Shown here in pieces: positions 25,453 to 38,700 of a stretch of 64,000 bases of DNA (its first letter is position 1; each line of letters opens with the position of its first letter). The stretch lies in assembly GCF_018977255.1 (NCBI RefSeq), contig NW_024704743.1, forward strand, positions 54,810,001-54,874,000, read 5' to 3'. The DNA is from Callorhinchus milii. Its lineage: Eukaryota. The translations under genes were made by a program, and so were the position numbers. The notes beneath the pieces are model-generated. The model made no database searches. It was not told where the DNA came from and saw only the letters and a list, made by a program, of their open reading frames with translations.

Positions 25453-26659
25453 GAATAGTCCCACCCGTTTCCTTATTTATGGGTTGATGCAGTCATGGCT
25501 TTCAATGCTCGATGTGAAGTACCTTTGAGATCTCTGCACCTAAACTTGCAATCTTATTGATCGCACCTGCACTCTCCATCGTTATAAGAGGTTGATATCA
25601 GAATGGTCCTTTAGTGAAACTAGCGGTGGCTGAAGTTTCTACTGACAATCATATACTTGCCATAGAAATGGGCATTTCTTAGCACATAAATAGATGGAAT
25701 CCCAGCAGTCTGGTTAGACGTGTTCAAATAGGCATTGTAACATAGGACAGTCAACATGATATAGTAGTTCAAACAGATTAAAAAACACAAGAGGGACTTG
25801 TCGTGTCTTCTTTGTCATTAAACTTCAAACCTGTAAGACGTACGCAGTATACATTTTCCTAAGTATCCTGACAGACTGGTGCAGAAGTGTTTTTCATTCA
25901 GTTTGGAAGGATAACGTCAAAATAGTGAAACCCTAAATATCAGTGACCCTTGACATGCCCAGTGAAAGCAATCTTGCAACTAGGTTATTTCAAAAACAGT
26001 TCAACTGAAGCAAGTAACTTGTGCTTAGAAAGTGTTGGGTCAACTTTTGCTGTGTGCACAAGTCCTGGTGTCAATTTCGTACCTCGTGCCTGCATTTGTT
26101 TTTGATGGTGCCGAGTAAATGCAGTGAGCAAAACTTGAACTGTATTGTCGAATGCCCACGTTTTTGTGGTTGTTGTGGTTGAAATAACCCATAGTACACA
26201 AAGTATTTGTACTGTTCATGGAGCAGTTGACAGTGTCAAAGATCACTTTCTTTCGAAATGCAGTATTCTATTTCAGCAAATTCTTTAAGGTTTTGAAACT
26301 TAAACTCCATGTGAATCCGGATAATGTGACTAAAGAAGAAGAATAATCAGCTAGGAGCACGGCTGAGTAACTTATTTGTATATACAGTGATGAATCATGT
26401 CAATATTCTTGAGAAACTTGAGTTCTATTTTTGCCTGCTCATGTCAAAACTTGTTATTTTTAGAAGCGTTCAGGTGAGAAATCATGCTAAATGTATTGGT
26501 TTCTTAAATTAATGTCAACGTTTTCCTGTGATTTTCGTTACAGTTATTAATCACGCAGCCTGGATGTTGCAATCGAAACAAATGTTTAAAATTTCTTTTG
26601 TGTTTTACTTCTCCGGAATTTATGCTTACAATACTTATTGTGCTTCTCTTTTGTTTTAG

Positions 26660-26772
26660 GCCAGTCTTTCCATATGGGGATGGGGAGGCCTTGGTGTCAT
26701 TCTTTTTCTTGTCACGTTTGGACCATTCGCTATATTTTACTTGGCATTTTATGTCCTGTGCTTTGTGGGTGG
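26660..26772 (+). CDS. SNX13: SNX13 exon 2 (TM region)
   Basis: ttttag|GCC...GTGG|gtgagt; 113 nt; [37 protein letters not shown]. Confidence 0.96.
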
Positions 26773-29700
26773 GTGAGTATAACCTTTTTAAAATTATAAT
26801 CTTTCTACATGTTGTGTTGAATGATAAATGAAAAAACAATATTGCAATTCAGGACTTTAGAAATAATAGTGGTCCATCATTCAGTTTGGGTAGTAGTAGC
26901 TTATCCAAGGGCCAATTAATTTATGAACCACAATATCTTGGATGTGCCGAATGTTTCTGGTGCATGATGTTCAAGTGCCAAAGACCTCCTGACTTCCCAG
27001 CAACTGCTGGAAACATTTGTGACAAGAATTGCTGGCTTCCTACTCGCACTGCAGTTTAGTACATCAGCAGTAATGTCTGTAATGACCTGCTGATGGAGTG
27101 CTAACCGGCAGCCATACCATAGTGTGACTCATTCTAATCCAGGGTGTAACTTTTATGGATCTGTATTACAGTGAACCTACAGGGGTAGGGGGTGACCCCT
27201 ACAGGAGTCAGACTACAGTCTGTCTCAATTTTACTTTATTTTTGCTGGGTGGTAAGCATTTAGTTGTATAACTGTAGTTGTTAAAAGCATATTCCGATTT
27301 GCAGCCATATATCTCTGAAATAGTAGATATTTGTGCCGAGTAACGGTGTGCAATTTCTGCACTAATCTATTTAATGGACTGTGCTGTGCACTTAATCATC
27401 AAACATTTTGGAAAAGGATCAAGACTGACAAAGCAAGGGCAAAGTTCTTTTATTAATGAGGGAAAAAAANGGCTAACCATATTGGAAAACTGCACAGTGG
27501 CTCGATCATAGAACTTTTAACTGGATCTGGATGTATTTTAGTTTAGTAAGAACAAACACCAACAAACCTGTTTAGCACATTTGATTATATTCCCTCCTTC
27601 CACAGACATTGTACAACCATGGACTCATTGCAATCCATTATATCAGTCTTTTCTCCTCCCTGAGAAAGAAATCAGACGAAACTTTATATTACTCATCTAA
27701 TCCAACACTATTCCTAGCCTTACAATTTCATGGTCCCAGCTCAGAAATCCTAAGTTAACCACATATTTTGGTTTGGATGTCAGCCTGGCTCAGTTGGTAG
27801 CATGCTCAGCTCTGAGTCAAAAGGCTATGGGTTAAAGCCCCATTTTGGGACTTTGAACTCATAAGTCTATGCTGACACTTCTTACAGGCTTACATCCTTT
27901 GGATGCAAATTTTAACCGAGGTCTAATCTGCCTGTTCAGGTGGATGTTCAAAATCCCATGGCACTGTTTGAAAAGAGAATGGAATTTATCCCAGTATTCT
28001 GGCCAACAATCCCCTATCCCTCATAAAAGTAGTAATTAATTTCATGACCGTTTGAGGGACAAATGCTGTCTAGATTCACCTACAAAGTATACAATCACTA
28101 CACTTCACAGTGTATCCTGTGAAGTGCTTTGAGGCCTCCTCGCAACGTGAAAGGCAACCACAACTTGCATTTATATAACGTCCTTCACGCGGGGTAGGGT
28201 CTCTGAGTGCTTAAAAGTGGCAGAGCTTGATGCCGAGCCAGTTAGAAGGGGGAGGTGACCGTAGACATGGTCAAAGAGGAAGATCAGGTGTGATCTGAAG
28301 ATGCTCAAGGAGGGAAAAAGGCAGATGGATTGAGGCAGAGACTTCCTGAGGTTTAGGGAATAGTGGGTGAAAGCATCGCCACTGATGGTCAAGCAGAGCA
28401 GACGAGGGACCAGCAGGAGGCCAGAGCCAGCTGAGCAAAGGGGGCAGGTAGAGGAAATTTGTGTAAGCAGGTTGGAGAATTAAAGAGTTGCCAGGGCTTG
28501 AAGTGATTTATAATTTAGTGTAAGGATCTTCAAAGGCAACAACAATACATTACATTTGTAAAGTGCCTTTCACATCGGGAGGATGTCCCAAGGTGCTGGG
28601 ATAGTTGGGGATTGGAGCCGAGCAGAGGGTTGCGTTTAGGGAGGGTGGAGAGGAGCTTGGGTAAGAGGGTGACCAAAGGCACGATCGAAGAGGAGCGTCT
28701 TGAGACAGTCCTTGAAGGAGGCAAGTGAGGGAATTGCCTTTGGGATGAGTTCCAAAGGGTGAAGGCTCGATCGCCGATGGTGGGTGGGTGGGCCGGGCGG
28801 GGACATGGAGCAGACAGGTCGATATGGAATTAACAGGTCACAGAGCTAGGGACTACAGCTAGTAAGGCAGGGTGCTGCTATGTTGGTAATGTTAGCCAGA
28901 TGAGTGAGGTGCAGCAGTCGGTTGTTGATGTTCCGGGTTTCAATGATGATTCCTCAAAGAATTGTCCTTGATCGTTAGATTTGGCTCAGGATGTTCGCCA
29001 GAAAGTGACTGATGAAATTGCCTTCCCTGGATTGGGTGAGAGTGTTATTTATGTCTTGTTAATTGGAATTCTTAACAGATTTACATCTATCAATGGTTTC
29101 ATGAATAATTCTATGAATTACCTTTTTAAATGAACTGACTTACCAAGCATAGCAATTGACCCAGCTTTAACTAAGCCCAGATAAAATAAATTATTTCTAA
29201 GAGCCGTATTAGCGTATGAAGCAGAGCCAAATAATAGAAAAAGCAACTGTTCCACCTCTTCCTTCAAAAGGTTGTTGGGTCAACCCCAATGTCAGGATTT
29301 CAGCTCATAGACCATGCTGACAGGAGTGAGTGTGCATTGTTGGAGATCTTGCCTTTTGATTGGGTTTTAAATGAGGCCCTATCTGCCTATCCTCAGGTGG
29401 ATGTTAAAATATTTCATGATATTAATAAGGAAATAAAATTCTTCAGTGTTCTGACCATTAATATCTAAATTGTTTGGTTGTTCATTTCATAACTGTTTGT
29501 GGGACCTTTTTGCAGAAATGGCTGGTGGGTTTGCCTACAAAAACAGTTACAACACTTGACAGCAATTTCTTGTGCAAAATTTTGATATTTTCGACATGGT
29601 GAAATGCCATGAAATGGCATTTTCCCTACTTCTTGGGAACATAGAAAAGCATATTGTGCCAAAATTTTAATCTCTGAAAGAAGAGGTGTTTCTTAATCAT

Positions 29701-32700
29701 TCCGTGACCACAAGTATACGACCTGAAGGGTGTATGAATTAGAATCAGAAGTTGGAACACAATCAACAGTATTTGTAGTAACCTGAAAAGATCTCTGCTG
29801 TAAATGAACTGTACAGATACCCAAGTACACCATGCAAAATTAAATGTACTGTCTTTTGTGTACAAAACCGTTATTCTTTTTCGAGAAGTGTGTGACAGAA
29901 GAGCTTGAGGTAAACTAGGACGTGCATCCTATCAATAATCATTAAGATTGTTAATTATTAACTGCAATATCTTGTTTTGTGCCCTCCTGAGTTTTACAGT
30001 GGATGAGGAATTAGAGATCCCTTTGTGGATGTAAGAGCCCTGTATGTCATCATGCAATACATAGTGTACACTTATTAACCATTCCATGTTCCACTAATTA
30101 GTAGTTATACTGTCACTACAATACTTAATGCCACCCTTCCTTCTTTCTCGATCTCTTAATTTTTAGTCCTATAGGGAAACAAAAGCAATTCTGATTGGAT
30201 TATTATTGAACAATTGCAAATATGTGTGAAATTTCTCCACAGGAATTAGTCTGTATGAATTTAATGATTGAAAATCATGAAGTCTGAGGATTAAATTTTT
30301 TGTCACTTTTGTTTAACAATTCTGAAAATTATGTTTTACAGAGGTTTTGCAGTTACACTACTTTTTGGGAAAACAAACTCTGAAAAATACCTTGAAAGGT
30401 GTGAACACTCCTTTCTTCCTGCTTCAGCAACTGGAGTCCCCAAAGTAAGATGAATTGTATTGTTTTCAAATGTACTGTTTTTTGCTGTAGTTTTCAGTTT
30501 CATGAAACTCTTGCATCAAGTTTTAAAAACTAGGACCGCATATTATTGAATTAGCTTGCAGACTGAGAAATCCAATTAATTTGAGTCCTGATGGATCTTG
30601 ACATTTTCTTTCATCTCAACACCCTCAACTATTTGAAATGGGCCAGCAAGAGAAGGGAGAATGAATTTGTTCAAAATTAATCGTCTCATCTGATGGCTCG
30701 ACACAGCTAGAAATAAGGCTCAGACAAATGAAAGTTTTAGTGGGTTGCTCAGCATTTCACCAGAAACTGTCAAGTGAGTGATGTGGTATTTGAATAGCCT
30801 GTTGAAGTTGTGAACTTCTAACTAATCTTCTATGGATTTCTATATTACAGTCTTCTTAATAATAATAATAATCCTTGCATTTGATATAGCGCTTTTCATG
30901 TCAGGAGGACATCCCAAAGCGCTTCACAGAACACACTGTAAAGTGAATTGACTGTATATTTGTGGGCGAACGCGGCAGTCAATTGCGCACAGCAATGTCC
31001 CACAAACAGTCGTAGATTGAAAATGACCAATTTATTATTGTTTTGGGTTTTGGAGGGATTATTATTAGGCGTGTGGAGTAAGGAAACTTGCCCAAGGTTT
31101 CGCCCTGCCTGGAATTGAACTCAGGTCTCTCACTTGCAAAGCGAGTGCTCTAACCACTGAGCTACAGGACTCCATGGAATCATAGTGATTACAGCATAGG
31201 AAAACATTTGACCCATTGAGCCTATGCTGTTTTGAGTTCTTCCACAAATGGCTAACTCTAAATACCTGCTTTCTCCCTACAGTGTTTCATATCTTCTTAT
31301 ATCGCAAAACCAAGGTTGAGGGGATTCGCTCACCTGCCACTGCCCTTCTGACTACTGCCCCATCCCATCACCCCCTCACACCCTGGCCCCTACCCATCCC
31401 TCCCTCCACACCTTCAAACCTGTCTCCCACACCTCTCGACTACGCAAACTCATTGCTTGCCGGCCTCCCAACTCCTCACTCCACAAGCTGCAGATCATCC
31501 AGAACTCTGCAACCCGTGTTTTCTCCCGCACTAGGCCCCATCACCCCCATCCTTGCCAAACTCCACTGGCAAGTAGTATTCAAGATACAGTTCAAGATCC
31601 TGGTCCTCACTTTCAAAGCCCTCCACAGCCTTTCTCCCCGCTACCTCTACGACCTCCTAACCCCCTACCATCCTGTTCGCTGTCTCCACTCAAGTGAGCT
31701 CCAGCCTGCTTCACGTTCCCCGCCTTGCTCGGCCCACTATTGGCAGGCGGGCCTTCTGCCAATCTGCCCCCACCCTCTGGAACTCCATCCTGCAGTCCCT
31801 CTGCCTCGCCCCCTTCCGTGCCACCTTTACTACCCATCTCAAGTCCCTCCTCTTCGACCATGCTTTTGATCTCCCTGCTTCCCCCCTCTTGCCCTCCACC
31901 CTCCCCCACCCCAAACCCAGCTCGGGTCCATAGCTCTGTCCAGCACCTTGGGATGTCTTCCCTACGTGAAATGCGCTTTACAAATGTAATTTTGTTGTTG
32001 TTGGTGTTGTTTGACCCTCAATTGTCCTTTCTACCTCTGATCCGTTCGATGACCCGCTCTGCCTTCCCCCACCTCTGCAACATTGCCCGGCTCCTCCACT
32101 ATCTCACACCGCAGGCCACCGAAACCCTCATACAAGCACTCATAACATTGAGGCTTGACTATACAAACTCATTGCTTGTCGGTCTCCCCAACTCCTTCCT
32201 CCATAGGCTGCAGATCATCCAGAACTCTGCAGCCCATGTCCTCTCCTGCAGTAGGCTCTGTGACCCTATCAACCCCATCCTCGCCCGACTCTACTGGCTT
32301 CCCATCATGCCCTCCCTTTCAAAGCCTTCCGCAGCCTTGATCCCTACCCCCACCTCTGCGACCTCCTAACCCCCTACTAACCTGCTCACTCCCTCTGCTC
32401 AGCAGGTTTCACATCCCCTGCCTCGCCCACCCCATTATTGGCGGGCAGGCCTTCAGCCACTCTGCCCCCACCCTCTGGAACTCCATCCTGCATTCCCTCG
32501 CCCTCCCTTGCCTCCTTCAAAACCCATCTCAAGACCCTCCTATTCGGCCATGCCTTCGGTCACCCGCCTAGCCCCCCTGCCCTCCACCCTCCTCGATCCC
32601 AACTCCCAGCTTGTGTGAGAAACACTGATTGTCCAGCACCTTGGGACGTCCTCCCAATGTGAAAGGCGCTATACAAATGTAATATTGTTGTTGTGCTGCA

Positions 32701-35700
32701 GATGTGTGTTCAATTTTTATTTTAATGTTAAGGTTTTAGCATCGAGAGCTACTTCTAGCAAAGCATTTCAGCTTGAAAAACCACATGTAGCAAAACATTC
32801 CATATTCTAAATCACCAACTAGCCTTCCTAAACAGCTATCATTTAATAGAAACCAGTGAAAGATGTAGTTTCTTGTGTTTTATTCAGCTGTTTGACGTTC
32901 CTCCTTCATGTTCATGTATTGCTTTCTATTTTTAAACTTTTATTTTTAGCTTATTTAGAACCAAGAGTGAGTGAGAGAGGGAGGGAGGGAGAATGTGGGT
33001 GAAGAAAAATGCTGCTGAAGACTGGCTTCACTGATTAGGACTGAGGGCAAGTGGTACTGTGAGCTTTAACAGCAAGAGAGGGTAAGTAAGGCTTTGATCT
33101 GTTCTTGTTATTGACAGATCTGACCTTGCACCCAAATGAGCAAACCAGCAGAGATGCAGGCGTTGCTCTCCTGCTTTGACACAACAGTTCATTTTTCAGT
33201 TCTGTTTCAATTAGGGGTGTGAGCGATGGGGAGGTTCCCTAGCATTTGTTGCTAAATGACATGACTAGTAGGCAAATGTGGAAATCAGCTCAACAGCCTG
33301 TTGACAGAATGTGATATTAGAAGATGGTATCCACTCTTGTGATGTATATTGCACAAGTGAGGGCGGTTTTAATAATTTATGTGTTGTGGAAAGTTTGGTA
33401 TATGTTTCAGTCATCCTTTAGAAAGTAATATCGATGCTTTTCAACTAAATACTTCTCAATTTTTGCTTTGCATTATTTGGTTATAGAATAATATTATCTG
33501 TTGTAAAAGTGTACTTGCTAGGGTTTAATTGCTGTTCAGGCATGCTGTTAAAGTTCAAATTGACACACTTGTTTGCATGTTTTATTTTCTACATGTAAGT
33601 CATGTGCAACTCATCGAAACAACAGATTCTACTGATTTGAGTGTCAAATAGTGCATTTGGAAAGACCCCAGAACATAGACTTGTACTCTTCAATAGTATA
33701 TCTGTCCTGATTTAATGTTTGATTTTAAAGTTGAATATAAAGTTTCCATGGCCAAGTGACCAGATTCATGTTTGGTCATTTTGGCAAGTTACTCAAGTGT
33801 GAGGATTTTAAAGCTGAGGTTGGCCACATGTCCACGCAACCAGTAGAGGGTACTGTCATGAGACCAGGAGCAGGAATCCTGGCTGTTCTCTTCCCCCACA
33901 CTCTAACCTTGGGAAGGATGAGACCAACTTAGCCTCTCTGTATAGTCCCTGCTCATACCAGCAAATTCAGCATAGGATTTGAACCAGCAAGTCAGTGGTC
34001 TGTACGCTGCAGTTCTTTCTATCCACTATGCCATTGGGATCCTCCAAACCAAACTGAGAATTCATTGCATTCCACCTATACATAGAAATTCCAGAGATAG
34101 ATTGTTGTAATGGATTGCGCTCTCTCTCGCTGCAGGGAAACATCCTGCTTACCTGATTCCAGAAAGTATTAGATGCAGGTTGGAAAAAGCCAAGGCTGGA
34201 GTCTAACCAGCTAAAACCTCATCCCTTCCCTTTGAGATTGCTGTCTGGCAAGCTTTCCTACTGCTTGTCCAGCTAGGACCAGCCTACCCAGGGGCTGAGT
34301 GGGATGACTCCCTGCCTCCAGTGACTGATCTTCTCTTCCAGTTACTGCCGATGAGCCAGGCTGGCTGTACTGTCATCAGCAGTGCCTTGGAATACCGCAG
34401 ACCCGCTTGGCTCAGGAACTGGACTCCAAGACCGGTACAGAGTGCAAGCTCGGTTCTGTCATTCCATTCCAAGCTTTCCTACTGCTTGCCCAGCTAGGAC
34501 CAGCCTACCCATTGGGGCTTTGGCTTGCAGGAGCTGAGAGTGATGAATCGCTGTCCCCAGTGACAAGTCTATCCCTGCTTGTCAAATGAACCAGTCTGGT
34601 TGGTCTGTTTCTCAGCAGTATCTTGCTGCCCACAGCTCGGACACATATCCCTACCCATTCAGCGATGGTTGCTCCAGTTGGAGGGGCAGAGCTTGAGCAA
34701 CAGCTGCGTAACTCTCTACACAAAAGAGTGAAAGCAAAAGACAGTATGCACCCAGCCACCTCAATGGTCTTGTTTGACCAGCTCATGACTACCCCATCTG
34801 AACAAAAAAGGAACGAGAGACACAGATACATTGATGAATTTATTTTATTACTAATCAAAACCAAATTGAACACAACTATATAAAATTAATCGCACAGCTT
34901 GAGTGTGTGTGTGTGGGAGGGGCAGGGAAGCAGAAATAGCCGATGGCATGGAGAGAAATGTATGGTGAGGGAGATGGCTTGAAATCTCTCCAGAGACATG
35001 GAGTTTGGGGTTGAGGGCAGGAGGTGTAATAAATAAATAAATAAATAAATAAATAAGAGTATGGTGATACTGAAAATGATCCCTTCCCCTGTAAAAGAAT
35101 CTCACCTAACACCCATATCCTGTCTCGACACTTTACCTTGAGCAAAATGGGAAGTTGACATGACAAACTGAACTCATGCATGCCTATTGGGTTCATTTAT
35201 TCATACTGTGAAAGTGAAGCAATATTTGCACATCGCGCTACCCCAAACACCCATCGTCTAACACGCTCATAGACTTGCAGTCTGATTCATGCTGGCCTCC
35301 AGTGAGAGGATAGGCCACGGCTTGGAGTCCTGTAACGTATTGGTTAAAGCACTCGTCTCGCAAGCGAGAGGACCTAGGTTTGATTCCCAGGTTGGGCGAA
35401 ATGATGAGTGAAAACTTCCTACAACTCAATGTTGACAAGATGGAAGCCATACTCATTGGCTCCTGTCAACGTCTTCTACCCTGCGGCTCTGACCTCCTCA
35501 ACCTCCCCGGCCTACCGCTCAGACTTACTGAACCAGTGCGCAACCTAGGTGACGGGTTTGACCCACAGCTATCCTTCCTTCCCCACATCCGGTCCCTGAC
35601 AGGACCGCCTTCATCCACCACAAAACCCACCTCCGAATGTTCCTTACCCCAGACTTGGCCGAAACACTCGTCCATGTGTTCATCACCTCCTGCCTCAACT

Positions 35701-38700
35701 TCTAAAATGCCCTCTTTGCCAGGCTCCCCAGCTCCACCAGACACAGGATCCAGCTGATCCCAAACTCTGCTGCCCGCATACTCACCCACACTGAACTCCG
35801 TACCCCCATCACACCAATTCTAGCCAGGCTTCACTGGCTCCCTATCGCCGAATGGATCAATGTCAAAATCCTCACACTCATTTTCAAATCCCTTCATGCC
35901 CTGGCATCTCCCTACCTCTCCACCCTGCTTACCCCGCAACCCGCTGCCTTTGCTTCACTGGCTCCAGCCTTCTGCCTGTCCCTCGTGCCCTCCATTCCAC
36001 CATTGATGGCTGCGCTTTCAGCCACTACGGCCTAACACTCTGGAACACTCTTACATCTATCCGCCTTGCCCCTTCCTTCCCCATCTTCAGGTCGCCCCTG
36101 ACGACATTCCTATTCGGCTGTGCTTGCAGTCAACCCCCAACCCCCACCCCCCCCTCTCATGCTGCCACTGTCAAGCTCTCTGGCACTCTATCCTGCGTGA
36201 GGGGTGCTATATAAATTCAAGTAATAATTACAGGAAACAAACATTTCCATTAAACTTTTTTTATGATTTACAAATGTAAAAGTAAACAAGTAACTATGCC
36301 AGTACAAGAAAATGCTTTTTGAGGGTGGAAGTGAAAATTATAAAATTCTGTATGTTCCATTCCTTTAAGGCTTTAGAAGAAATTAAACGGGAAAATGGGT
36401 CAATAAAGATTGACCGAAGACTGACTGGTTCCAATATAATTGATGAGCCTCTACAACAGGTGTGTAACTGGATGGTTAAGAATTTCCATCTTATTTGTGA
36501 ATATGATTGTATTACAACGTTACTCTATATTATTAGGATTATGCATATTGTCAGTTTTGTTGGGACAGAATTTTATTTTCAAACCTTAGAGATTGTTGTT
36601 CCCTTGCAATAAATGATTCGATTCTCCAAGATTCAGTCAAGCTGAATCTCCAAACAAACCCAACATTTAAGTTGCAGTTTACAAACAATATAAGAATGTG
36701 TTGCTCCTTTGTTCCTAGACCATCTCAGATCAGATTTGTCAATAAATTATTGACAAATATTGCAATTTTCATCAAAGTTTAATAAGACAAGATTTTTTTC
36801 AAATAAAAGTGAATTGGATATGCTCAAACCTTTGTATGTAAACATGTTCTGCTGATTTATATGATGAATCTCTGTAGTTAGTTCATCATTCTTATTTCTG
36901 AGAAAATCACCACAGTAATTTTCACTAAGTGGAGTAGATCATTGATAGGATGTTAGCAAAGATACTGACTGACCTTTACAAAGTAAGAAATATCAGATAC
37001 TTATTGAAGATGTATCTTTTAAAGTGAAAGGAACTCAAAAAGAAATCATAACGATGAACTGATTTTAAATTTGTTTCAATTTTTATAGTTTGGATTAGCC
37101 TTCAGGTCTCATTAATACAAACCTATAAATAAACTCTTCCCCCCATGCAAAGTTGAAACATATTTCAAAACTGAAATATGTATCACATTCTTTATAGACC
37201 TGTGAGGTTATTTAATGAATACTATGAATTCATCACTGAATAATTAATCAAAAGATTGATCTTTCTATCATGTCACTTAATTACCTTTTCTAATTGGTTA
37301 ATGCACTGAATGTTTGCTTGTTCCAACACAAAATGATAACTTATTTTTTATAGCACCCTTTGCTTCAAAATGTCACAATTCAGTCATGGGAGAGATACAA
37401 AGCAAATGTGAGGAACATTGGAGATGATCAAACATATTATTTGTTTTTGGTTACTGGGTATCATTGACAAACCAAACTGAAGAATTCCTCATGCATCCCA
37501 CCCACATATGGAAATTCCAGAGAATGGAATGTGCACTCTCTCCCTTATTCTGGGAAGTATTAGGGGCAGGTTGGCGAGAGCCAAGGCTTGGGGACCACAG
37601 ATTGTGTGTTGGGGAACTGCCGGAATCTAACCAGCTAAAGCAGCATAACTTGTCATTGATATCACTGTCTGACAAGCTTTCCCGCTACTTGTCCTATCTG
37701 TTAGGGCTTTGGCTTGTACAGTCAACAAGAGCTGAGTGGGATGATACTCTCCCTCGTCATTGGTCTGTCCTTCGAAGTCCCGCTGGCTGTGCTGCCATCA
37801 GCAGTGCACTGGAATACTGCAGATCCACCTGGCTCAGGAACCAGACTACCAAGACCACCACAGAGACCGCTGGCTTGATTCTGACATTCATGTCAAACAT
37901 GTCACCCGCTTTCCTCCTCCCCCCCACCCCAAGCAGGATAGTCACTAGTTGGTTATTTAACATCCGATGGATTGTAGGTACCAGCAACTCCCTATGAGCT
38001 TCCTGGTAGGCAACATAGTTCAAGTATAGATTGATGAGATCATTGCCACCATCTTCTTGTCCGCAGCTCGGTCACATATCCCTTCCCATTGAGCGATGGG
38101 TTGTAGTTGTACAGCAACAGATTCCTAACCTGCTGATGAAAATGTGCTGCACAAGTCTTGAGATTGTTTTTCATAAAGTATAATTGCTGGTTTGCACATT
38201 TTAATGTTTGTTCTTTCCTTTCCCTTAACTGTAGTTTTTTTTTATTTTAACCCTCGTGATTTACTATGAACCAGTAACATTTGATATGCTGTGAGCAGGA
38301 TATAAACATACAGAATCCAGGTGAGAAGAAAACATTCACTATTTACAATTAAGTACAGTAAGTATAATGGGAACACGAGGGTTAGAGTGGATGGATATGT
38401 TTCATACTTTATTCCTTTTTTAAACTTTTTTCAGGTCCTCCAGTTTGCACTAAGGGACTATATTCAATACTGGTATTATACCCTGAGTGACGATGAATCT
38501 TTTTTACTCGAAGTCAGACAAACTATTCAAAATGCACTTATCGAGTTTGCCATAAGGTGAGTTTGGGTTCACTTGATTCAGCCATATGGCATAAAGCATA
38601 CCACATTTATTAGGATTAGGATTTCTATCAAAATATGAAAACCACTTTTTTAACCATATTATTGTAATAGTGAATTACAGAAAAGCCTGAGCAAATATTA

